From Candidatus Saccharimonadota bacterium (GTDB lineage: Bacteria; Bacteroidota; Bacteroidia; Cytophagales; Amoebophilaceae): a DNA stretch of 32,000 nucleotides. Shown piece by piece: positions 9,312-17,354 of the stretch. The stretch covers positions 120,001 through 152,000 of the forward strand of contig NZ_OW441264.1 of the NCBI RefSeq assembly GCF_936981045.1, read 5' to 3'. Position 1 is the stretch's first letter; every line of letters begins with the position of its first letter. Under the pieces are notes generated by a model. That model searched no databases. It saw only the letters and a list, made by a program, of their open reading frames with translations, and was not told where the DNA came from. A program made the translations under genes and the position numbers.

Positions 9312-9332
9312 ATGTGGGTTTAGGATTAGATA
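9312..9332 (+). repeat. Possible degenerate solo MITE terminus
   Basis: ATGTGGGTTTAGGATTAGATA versus the MITE end ATGTGAGTTCGGGATTAGATT (about 17 of 21 by eye), 25 nt upstream of the sufB start. Confidence 0.3.
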
Positions 9333-9518
9333 ACTAGAAGATAGCTGCTTGAAAGTATTAATTAATATACGAAGTCACTTATGAATGTGGAAAAATACGT
9401 TGCCGATGCATTAAAAAAATTTTACCCCTTATATGGATTTATATTCTACTTCTGTAATAGAATATGTAAATATATTAAAGATTTAGTTTTAGTAACTATT
9501 TCTAATGAGATAATAATA

Positions 9519-9758
9519 ACTTGAGTTCGGGATTAGATTATTTTTTCATTTGATAATCAATATTAATAAAAATTTATAAAATTTGTTTTATAGACAGTTA
9601 AATAGGTAGTTGAATAACAAATAATTCTGATAATCAGTTTATTATATATATTATATTTATAAAATTAGATATAAAAACTTGTTAAATAGGTGCAAATATT
9701 AACTAAATAATTGATATTAAATTGTTGTAAATCAGTCAAATAAATACCGAACTCACGT
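9519..9758 (+). mobile_element. AT-rich ~240-bp MITE, copy B (orientation a)
   Basis: TIRs ACTTGAGTTCGGGATT / ATACCGAACTCACGT, flanked by the direct repeat TAATA (9514-9518 and 9759-9763). Confidence 0.9.
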
Positions 9759-9824
9759 TAATAAGTTAATTGGTAATCAATTACCAAGATTTATGTACGT
9801 TTTAGTGATTTTATCATGCAAGTA

Positions 9825-10657
9825 GGTTCTGTCGCGTCTATAGTTTTCTTAGTATAGGTTTTTCGTTTAAGTCAAATTTTGGATATTATGCGGCCATTAA
9901 GATAGCAAAGTTCTCAAAAGTAGAAAGATGATTTTTAGCTCCTCTTACTTGTCCTTTTTGAATCATACGAATGTTTTCTATCCCTGAAATAGTAATGGAA
10001 GCAGAATAAAAATTCTTAAAACCCAGCATAGGTTTTATCCGTTTTTTGATAAACCTATGATCTTGTTCAACTCTATTATTCAAATATTTGTTTTGCAATA
10101 TTTGAATGGTATGATCTTGATCAAGATCTGTATTGATCGCATCAAGGGCAGCTTTATTACTACCGCTTTTGTCAATTACTACTTTCTTAGGAATATTATT
10201 TTCTGTGATCGCCTTTCGAAAAAAAAAAAGCGTTGAAGACTTGTCTCTATGATCAGATAGAAAAAAGTCAACTGTATCACCATAACGATCTACTGCTCTA
10301 TATAAATAGATCCACTTCCCGTTTAGTTTAACATAGGTTTCATCCATTCTCCAACTACTACCAACTGGTCGTTTTCTTTTTCTTACTGCTTTATCTATCA
10401 GAGGAACAAACTTAATAACCCATCTCTGTAGCGTAGAATGATCAACTCTTGCGCCTCTCATACGCATCATCTCTTCCAAATCTCTATAGCTCAAGGAAAA
10501 ACGACACTTCATGTACACAAATAACAGGATGACTTCTGATGAAGAACAATAACCTTTAAAATATGGTAATAACTCGGGAGAAATATTAAACATAATAACT
10601 ACTTTTTTAAATACCGATACTAAAATAATCATTTTTTAGAATAAACGCGACAGAACC
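9825..10657 (-). mobile_element. IS6-family insertion sequence, copy 4
   Basis: 833 bp with the same terminal repeats and an intact ORF. Confidence 0.95.
9886..10632 (-). CDS. IS6-family DDE transposase
   Basis: 248 aa, one residue different (STLFFFRK) from the other copies. Confidence 0.93.
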   Translation of the reverse strand: MIILVSVFKKVVIMFNISPELLPYFKGYCSSSEVILLFVYMKCRFSLSYRDLEEMMRMRGARVDHSTLQRWVIKFVPLIDKAVRKRKRPVGSSWRMDETYVKLNGKWIYLYRAVDRYGDTVDFFLSDHRDKSSTLFFFRKAITENNIPKKVVIDKSGSNKAALDAINTDLDQDHTIQILQNKYLNNRVEQDHRFIKKRIKPMLGFKNFYSASITISGIENIRMIQKGQVRGAKNHLSTFENFAILMAA

Positions 10658-10697
10658 AAAATTATACTACCGACCTATCATAACGGCCTCAATCCTT

Positions 10698-12014
10698 TTA
10701 TGTGAACGCAACCAATTCTGGAATAACTACTCCTTCTGCATTTATTTCCTTGAGTAGCACCTTACAGAGTCTATTGGCTAATGCCTCTTGGTAGGGCAGT
10801 TGTACCCGAATATAATTTTCTGTAAACCCTTCCATAACGCCGTCGTCTGCTCCATATTCAAATAAAACCGTAGCGGTATGACCCAGATGTTGGCTATAAA
10901 AATGTCTTAGTTTTTTTTCCGAAAGTATGCGCAGCATTCTGGCCCGTTTTACACGTTCTTTTTGCGGTACTACATCAGCCATATGAGCGGCTTTTGTGTT
11001 AGCCCTTTCTGAGTAAGGGAATACATGTATATATGCAATAGCCAATCCATTTAAAAAGTGATAGGTTTCTAAGAAATCTTCTTCTGTTTCACCTGGAAAT
11101 CCCACTAGTACATCTACACCTATGCAACAAGCGGGCATTTGTGCTTTTATGTCTGCTATACGCTCTTGGTAGCGTGCGGTTAAATAGCGACGGCGCATTA
11201 ATTTTAAAATCTTGTCACTACCAGATTGTAGGGGAATATGGAAGTGTGGCACAAATCGTTTGGAAGTAGCTACAAAATCTATAATTTCCTTGTTTAGTAA
11301 ATTGGGTTCAATAGAAGAGATGCGAAAACGTTCTATCCCGTCTACTGCATCTAAGGCTTGAATCAGTTCAAAAAAATTGGTTTGGCGTTTGGTATCAATA
11401 ATGCCAAAATCCCCTAGGTTGACCCCAGTCAGGACAATTTCTTTTACATTTTTGCTAGCAATGGGTTGGACTTGTGCGACCACTTCTGAAATGGTGGCAC
11501 TTCTGCTAGGACCTCTAGCAAGTGGTATGGTACAAAAAGAACATGCATAACTACAACCATCCTGTACTTTAAGAAAAGTTCTGGTGCGGTCTCCTATAGA
11601 ATAGGCAGGGGAGAAGGTTAGCCTTTCTTTGATAGAGGTAATTTGTATGGTTGCCAACTCATCCGATTTTTTTTTATTCCAATCGGTAATCCAGTCGAGT
11701 AGTTTGAATTTTTCATGTGTTCCGAATACTGCATCCACACCTGGTATGGCCGCAATCTCTTCTGGCTTAAGTTGGGCATAGCAGCCTATCACAATTACAA
11801 AAGCTTCTGGTGCCATTTTTAGCGTTTCTCTAACAATTTTTGAACATTTATGATCTGCATTTTCCGTTACAGAGCAAGTATTCAGGACAAAAACATGCGG
11901 ACGTTGTGCCAAGGTTACGGTAACAAATCCTTCTTCTGTAAACAAGCGGCCAATGGCAGAGGTCTCGGAAAAATTCAGTTTGCAGCCTAATGTATGAAAA
12001 GCAACTTTTTTCAT
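10698..12014 (-). CDS. mtaB: tRNA t6A37 methylthiotransferase (MiaB-like radical SAM, MtaB type)
   Basis: N-terminal HTLGCKLNFSE, radical-SAM CSYACSFC motif, C-terminal TRAM-like region, 438 aa. Confidence 0.85.
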   Translation of the reverse strand: MKKVAFHTLGCKLNFSETSAIGRLFTEEGFVTVTLAQRPHVFVLNTCSVTENADHKCSKIVRETLKMAPEAFVIVIGCYAQLKPEEIAAIPGVDAVFGTHEKFKLLDWITDWNKKKSDELATIQITSIKERLTFSPAYSIGDRTRTFLKVQDGCSYACSFCTIPLARGPSRSATISEVVAQVQPIASKNVKEIVLTGVNLGDFGIIDTKRQTNFFELIQALDAVDGIERFRISSIEPNLLNKEIIDFVATSKRFVPHFHIPLQSGSDKILKLMRRRYLTARYQERIADIKAQMPACCIGVDVLVGFPGETEEDFLETYHFLNGLAIAYIHVFPYSERANTKAAHMADVVPQKERVKRARMLRILSEKKLRHFYSQHLGHTATVLFEYGADDGVMEGFTENYIRVQLPYQEALANRLCKVLLKEINAEGVVIPELVAFT

Positions 12015-12064
12015 TCGATTTCTAAAGTAAGGATTTGATATGCTACTTATATTGGTGTTAAATA

Positions 12065-12304
12065 ACGTGAGCTCGGGATTTATTTGACTGATTTACAACA
12101 ATTTAATATCAATTATTTAGTTAATATTTGCACCTATTTAACAAGTTTTTGTATCTAATTTTATAAATAAAATATATATAATAAACTGATTACCAGAATT
12201 ATTTGTTATTCAACTACCTATTTAACTGTCTATAAAACAAATTTTATAAATTTTCATTAATATTGATTATCAAATTAAAAAATAATCTAATCCCGAACTC
12301 ACGT
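12065..12304 (-). mobile_element. AT-rich ~240-bp MITE, copy C (orientation b)
   Basis: ACGTGAGCTCGGGATT...AATCCCGAACTCACGT, flanked by TAAATA (12059-12064 and 12305-12310), 50 nt upstream of the mtaB start. Confidence 0.9.
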
Positions 12305-12546
12305 TAAATAGTAAATTACAAAATGATCGTAGCTAAAATGTTGATCCAACCTATCTGGTTTAGCTTAGCAAGTAATAAGTGTATATTAAATAAGTAGGTT
12401 ATTGGTCTGCTGCTGGACTTTATTTTATATAGTCGAAAAAAGAATAACTACCTACTTGCCATTATTTGTTTTGCATAAAATAGCAGAAGAATGTGTTGCA
12501 TTTTCTTATACGATGTAAGAACAAGAAAATATAATTATAATACACC

Positions 12547-12990
12547 ATGAATACAATATTAATGTGAGTTCGGGATTAGATTATTTTTTAATTTGATAAT
12601 CAATATTAATGAAAATTTATAAAATTTGTTTTATAGACAGTTAAATAGGTAGTTGAATAACAAATAATTATGGTAATCAGTTTATTGTATATATTTTATT
12701 TATAAAATTAGATATAAAAACTTGTTAAATAGGTGCAAATATTAACTAAATAATTGATATTAAATTGTTGTAAATCAGTCAAATAAATCCCGAACTCACG
12801 TTATTAGACTTAGATGTCAGCAAAAAATAGCTTGATGCATCTTTTTGTAATGCAGAAAATAAACCTGTATATCATAGAGTTTGGTAATAATGATAAAGGG
12901 CATAAGTCGCTTATGGCTTATTTGGCTCAAGCGCCCGTTAAGCTTATAGTATATGAACCAGCTGGTGGATGTGAGAAAGAGACATTTTAG
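12547..12990 (+). pseudogene. IS110-family transposase N-terminal remnant, interrupted by MITE copy D and carrying an in-frame TAG plus a frameshift
   Basis: Removing 12562-12806 restores MNTILDLDVSKK*LDASFCNAENKPVYHRV, then (after a frame shift) FGNNDKGHKSLMAYLAQAPVKLIVYEPAGGCEKETF*. This resembles the conserved IS110/DEDD N-terminus (IGxDVSK..LD .. F.N...G...L..wL .. vv.E.TGGYE). Confidence 0.55.
12562..12801 (+). mobile_element. AT-rich ~240-bp MITE, copy D (orientation a)
   Basis: ATGTGAGTTCGGGATT...AATCCCGAACTCACGT, flanked by TATTA (12557-12561 and 12802-12806). It is inserted after codon 5 of the IS110-like ORF. Confidence 0.9.
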
Positions 12991-13092
12991 ATCCTTTTTT
13001 TTATACATTTTTAAGCCTAAGTGTAGATTAAAAAGCTTAGGTACAACAAGCCTTTAGGCGATTAAGATGTAGGATAATGTCTACAAGCCAGT

Positions 13093-13100
13093 TATATTTG
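13093..13100 (+). promoter_or_regulatory. Candidate Bacteroidota-type -7 promoter box for valS
   Basis: TATATTTG matches the TAnnTTTG consensus, 44 nt upstream of the valS ATG. No clear -33 TTTG was seen. Confidence 0.3.
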
Positions 13101-13143
13101 TGATATTTTTAATATCCAAACTATTTTTTTTACTTAAGAACAA

Positions 13144-15615
13144 ATGACCATATTCTCCTTGCCCCAACGGTATAATTTTTTGGAACGAGAAAAATATTGG
13201 CAGCACTTTTGGGCAACAGAATCGCTATATAGCTGGGATCCCACATTGCCTCGTGCAGATACTTTTGTGGTAGATACGCCTCCTCCTAGTATTTCTGGAC
13301 AGTTGCACATAGGCCATACCTGCAGCTATGCACAAGCTGATTTTATAGTCCGATTTCAACGCATGTTGGGTAAAAATATTTTTTATCCAATGGGCTTTGA
13401 TGATAATGGTTTACCCACAGAGCGATTGGTAGAAAAGCAAAAAGGCGTTCGTGTGGCTGATATGGATAGAGAGGAGTTTATAAGATTATGCTGGGAAGTA
13501 GTAGTTACTGAAGAGGAAAAGTGTAGGAATCTTTTTAAGGCTATGGCCCTTTCGGTTGACTGGAGCTTGGAATATCAGACGATTAGCCCACTATCTCGTA
13601 AGCTTTCGCAGATGTCTTTTTTGGCACTTTTGGAAAAAGGTGCGGTATACCGTAGTGCGCAACCTATGTTATGGGATCCAGTAGATGGTACCGCTTTGGC
13701 ACAAGCTGATATTGAAGACAAGGAGCGTGTCGCCTATATGAATGATATTCTATTTACACATGAAGCGACGCAAGCCCCTCTACCCATTGCTACGACTCGA
13801 CCAGAATTGTTGCCCGCTTGTGTGGCCTTATTCTACCATCCCGATGACTTGCGCTACCAGGATCTGGCCCACACCTATGCGATTACACCTATATTTAATA
13901 TAAGGGTCCCTATTTTAGCAGATGAGTTGGTTCAACCCAATAAGGGCACTGGTTTGGTGATGTGTTGCACGTTTGGAGACCCAACGGATGTAATGTGGTG
14001 GAAAAAACACCAATTGCCTACTTGTATCATCCTGAATAAACAAGGTAGGGTCACGCATACTGGTCCATTACAAGGGTTAAAGGTATCAGAAGCGCGTGAA
14101 AAAATCCTTCAAATCTTAAAAGATCAGTTGCTGTTGGTCAAGCAAACCGTCATACAGCAGTCTGTAAAATGTGCAGAACGTTCTGGTGCACCCTTAGAAA
14201 TGCTTACTACCCCCCAATGGTTTGTACGAACCATGGACCATAAAGCAGCACTTTTAGCTAAAGTCAAGCAACTCAAATGGCATCCTGCTGCCATGCAGCA
14301 TAGGCTAGAGGAATGGATTAATGGCATGGCTTGGGACTGGTGTATTAGCCGTCAACGTTATTTTGGTGTTCCTTTTCCGATTTGGTATTCTAAAAGATCT
14401 GGAGAAGAAGGTAAAGTTTTGGTGCCCACTATAGACCAGTTGCCTGTAAATCCACTTCAAGATCTACCCATAGGCTATACCAGCGCAGAGGTAGAACCAG
14501 ACTATGATGTGATGGATACTTGGGCAACTAGTAGTATTTCTCCCCAACTTTCTTCTCATGCTATTCATAAGGACTTTAGTGTGGACTATAATAGGCATCT
14601 CAAGTTGTTTCCAATGGATTTGCGCTCACAAGCCCATGAAATTATACGAACTTGGACCTTTTATACTTTACTCAAAGCCCATTTGCATGAGGATAGTGTG
14701 CCTTGGAAAAATATAATGATCCATGGGTGGTGCCTGGCGCCAGATAAACAAAAAATGTCTAAATCTAAGGGTAATGTGCTCCTTCCAGAAAAGCTTTTAC
14801 AAGCGTATGGGGCCGATGTTATCCGCTATTGGGCAGCCCATGCTCGTTTAGGTTCAGATACTTGTTATTCTGATAATGTGATGAAAAATGGGAAAAGGCT
14901 GGTTACTAAATTATGGAATGCCGGTAGGTTTATTTTAGGCCATTTGGATAAAATAGAAGGATTCAATCACCCGCTTGAGTTGCAAAAAATCACCCATACG
15001 CTAGATAAATGGCTCTTGCAATCGCTGGCAGAACTGACTGAAAAGGTCTATCTACAGTTACTAGCCTATCGGTATGCAGAGGCGTTGGAATCGGTAGAAA
15101 CATTCTTTTGGTCCATTTTTTGTGATGATTATCTCGAGATTAGTAAAGCTAGGGTCTATAATGGACTTCAGCAGGATGGTCAAGGTCAGCGTAGTGCTAT
15201 TTTAACGCTTTATCATACTTTCTATGGTCTATTACAGCTCTTTGCACCTATTTTGCCCCATATTACGGAAGAACTGTCTCAGGGGCTTTATCCCCATAAA
15301 GGTTCTATTCACCGAAGAGGCAATTGGCCTAAATGGGCATTACACGCTACTGTAAGTCAATCGCAACTGAACCAAGTAGTCCATCTTAGAGTAATCATTG
15401 GGTTGGTACGTAAGGCTAAAGCAGATTGTAAGCTTTCTATAAAATCGCCTATTGCATTGCTTGCCATTCGTGGTACACTTTTAGAGGAAGATTTAAGCCA
15501 AGATCTTAAAGCCGTTACTACGGCGACAAAAGTAGTATGTAATGACCTAACGTTGGATCGCATGGACCTACAAGTAGTGGGTAAGCAATGTGCAATAGGG
15601 ATAGTATGGGGATAA
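13144..15615 (+). CDS. valS: Valine--tRNA ligase (short, archaeal/actinobacterial/Rickettsia-like type)
   Basis: Class I motifs LHIGH and [22 protein letters not shown] and [12 protein letters not shown] are characteristic of type-2 ValRS. At 823 aa it lacks the long C-terminal coiled coil of E. coli-type ValRS. Confidence 0.85.
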   Translation: MTIFSLPQRYNFLEREKYWQHFWATESLYSWDPTLPRADTFVVDTPPPSISGQLHIGHTCSYAQADFIVRFQRMLGKNIFYPMGFDDNGLPTERLVEKQKGVRVADMDREEFIRLCWEVVVTEEEKCRNLFKAMALSVDWSLEYQTISPLSRKLSQMSFLALLEKGAVYRSAQPMLWDPVDGTALAQADIEDKERVAYMNDILFTHEATQAPLPIATTRPELLPACVALFYHPDDLRYQDLAHTYAITPIFNIRVPILADELVQPNKGTGLVMCCTFGDPTDVMWWKKHQLPTCIILNKQGRVTHTGPLQGLKVSEAREKILQILKDQLLLVKQTVIQQSVKCAERSGAPLEMLTTPQWFVRTMDHKAALLAKVKQLKWHPAAMQHRLEEWINGMAWDWCISRQRYFGVPFPIWYSKRSGEEGKVLVPTIDQLPVNPLQDLPIGYTSAEVEPDYDVMDTWATSSISPQLSSHAIHKDFSVDYNRHLKLFPMDLRSQAHEIIRTWTFYTLLKAHLHEDSVPWKNIMIHGWCLAPDKQKMSKSKGNVLLPEKLLQAYGADVIRYWAAHARLGSDTCYSDNVMKNGKRLVTKLWNAGRFILGHLDKIEGFNHPLELQKITHTLDKWLLQSLAELTEKVYLQLLAYRYAEALESVETFFWSIFCDDYLEISKARVYNGLQQDGQGQRSAILTLYHTFYGLLQLFAPILPHITEELSQGLYPHKGSIHRRGNWPKWALHATVSQSQLNQVVHLRVIIGLVRKAKADCKLSIKSPIALLAIRGTLLEEDLSQDLKAVTTATKVVCNDLTLDRMDLQVVGKQCAIGIVWG

Positions 15616-15624
15616 GACATGGGG

Positions 15625-15675
15625 GTGCTGTTTGTTGATCCAGCAAAAAACAGCACATCAATTCCTTTTTTACCA
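15625..15675 (+). terminator. Hairpin plus T-run after valS (a stand-alone copy of the R-repeat hairpin-2 module)
   Basis: GTGCTGTTT (15625-15633) pairs perfectly with AAACAGCAC (15648-15656). The loop contains TTGATCCAGCAA. The T-run CCTTTTTT follows. It begins 10 nt after the stop codon. Confidence 0.5.
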
Positions 15676-15909
15676 CTGACCTGAAAAATATTAGCGCAGG
15701 CGCGTAAAAAACGGTTTATGAATCGTTGGTATGTCTCATCGCGTATGGCCGCCAATAAAAAATTTGACATGCATGCAGCCTTCTGGCCATATTGCTTAAA
15801 AACAAGAAAAAACCAATTGAGATGAAAACTAAAACTTTTTACAAAAATTTATCTATTTTTAACGCACTTTCAGAAAAAAATATTTTTATAAAGCGCTTTT
15901 TTATAAAAT

Positions 15910-17127
15910 TTGTTGGCCTGTTATCCTTACATACCTGTCATTACGAGTTTGTGTTACAATAGTCAGATCCCATGGATCAAAGAACAAATAAAAAGCCATG
16001 CGGGCATTTACCTACACATCCCATTTTGTAAGCAAGCTTGCCACTATTGTAACTTTCACTTTAGTACTAAAGTATCCTTAAAATCATTAATGATAGACAG
16101 TATGCTTAAGGAAATTGCGCTGCGTCAGGATTATTTGCAAGGTATTCCGATTACCAGCATTTATTTTGGTGGAGGTACGCCTTCCCTATTAACCCTTTCA
16201 GAAATAGAGCGGTTGCTCCATCAACTCTTACGATTTTTTCCTATAGTACCAGCGGCAGAGATTACACTAGAGGCAAATCCTGATGACATAACGCTTGAAA
16301 AATTGCAAGGATTGCACCACATGGGTGTGAATAGACTCAGCATAGGCATACAGTCCTTTCATGATAAAGTACTTCGTTATATGAATAGGGCCCATACCAG
16401 TGCCATGGCCCAAAACAGTGTAAAATGGGCACGTGTTGCTGGCTTTGATAACTTAAATCTAGACCTTATTTATGCGATTCCTGGTACTACAACGCTGGAT
16501 TGGTATGCCGATTTAACACAAGCCCTATTGCTAGAACCAGAGCATATCTCTGCCTATTGTTTGACGATTAAACCCAAAACCGTATTTGGCTATTGGCATC
16601 AACAAGGCAGCATAAGTGAAATGGATGAAACCTTAACGGCAGAACAGTTTGAACTAGCAGTAGCAACTTGTAGCAAACAGGGTTATCTGCACTATGAAAT
16701 TTCTAATTTTTGTAAGCCGGAAAAATACTCCAGACACAATACAAACTACTGGAAATCCGGCCTATATATAGGTATAGGACCTGGTGCACATGCCTATAAT
16801 GGTCTGCAAAGGCAATGGAATATTTCCCATAATGCACTGTATATTAAAGCCATTCAAAATGGCAAGCTGCCTTATACGGAAGAAACATTAACGATGGCCA
16901 ATCATGTAAATGAATATATTATGACCAGTATCAGAACCTGCTGGGGATGTGACCTGGCTTGGATTCGTGAAAAATATGCTATTGACCTTATGGTCACACA
17001 AAAGGATTATTTAGCAAAAATTATCCTATGCGGATTGGCCAATTTGATTGGCCATACACTTTATTTAACAAATAGTGGTAAATTGCTAGCTGATAAAATA
17101 GCAAGTGATCTTTTTGTGGGTGGTTAA
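15910..17127 (+). CDS. hemW: Radical SAM heme chaperone HemW (HemN-like); start codon uncertain
   Basis: GIYLHIPFCKQACHYCNFHF radical-SAM motif and HemN C-terminal region. There is no in-frame ATG upstream of the conserved block, only TTG at 15910, 15913 and 15949. Confidence 0.8.
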   Translation: MLACYPYIPVITSLCYNSQIPWIKEQIKSHAGIYLHIPFCKQACHYCNFHFSTKVSLKSLMIDSMLKEIALRQDYLQGIPITSIYFGGGTPSLLTLSEIERLLHQLLRFFPIVPAAEITLEANPDDITLEKLQGLHHMGVNRLSIGIQSFHDKVLRYMNRAHTSAMAQNSVKWARVAGFDNLNLDLIYAIPGTTTLDWYADLTQALLLEPEHISAYCLTIKPKTVFGYWHQQGSISEMDETLTAEQFELAVATCSKQGYLHYEISNFCKPEKYSRHNTNYWKSGLYIGIGPGAHAYNGLQRQWNISHNALYIKAIQNGKLPYTEETLTMANHVNEYIMTSIRTCWGCDLAWIREKYAIDLMVTQKDYLAKIILCGLANLIGHTLYLTNSGKLLADKIASDLFVGG

Positions 17128-17134
17128 TCGCTCA

Positions 17135-17334
17135 ATGTCCTCTGCTGCTTACTGACCTTATTGCGAAAAAGAAGGCCCCTTGTAAAAGGTTGCGATGCAA
17201 AAGTCCATATTACCGTTGAAAAGAAAAACAGTTTAGGTGAAGGTCACGAAGTCGCTTCTGTTTTTTCCGGTGTGCTTGAAGCAACTTTTTATACAGGGCT
17301 TGATTTTTGGGCTACCTTTTGATCAAGCAAAAAG
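17135..17334 (+). repeat. R repeat, copy R1 (forward)
   Basis: GGCCCCTTGTAAAAGGTTGC (17174-17193) pairs with GCAACTTTTTATACAGGGC (17281-17299). TTGATTTTTGG follows, then the hairpin CTTTTGATCAAGCAAAAAG. It aligns with 25965-26153. Confidence 0.75.
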
Positions 17335-17354
17335 TGTGATATAAATTCTTTCCA

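Noticed and set aside
12817-13008. 63-aa minus-strand ORF
   Set aside because: It lies antisense to the IS110-like remnant, whose + strand frames show family-typical motifs. There is no homology signal.
14124-15770. Minus-strand ORFs 14124-14327 and 15357-15770
   Set aside because: The first lies inside valS. The second overlaps the valS 3' end and the terminator hairpin. Their Cys/Ser/Arg-rich translations are typical of antisense frames.
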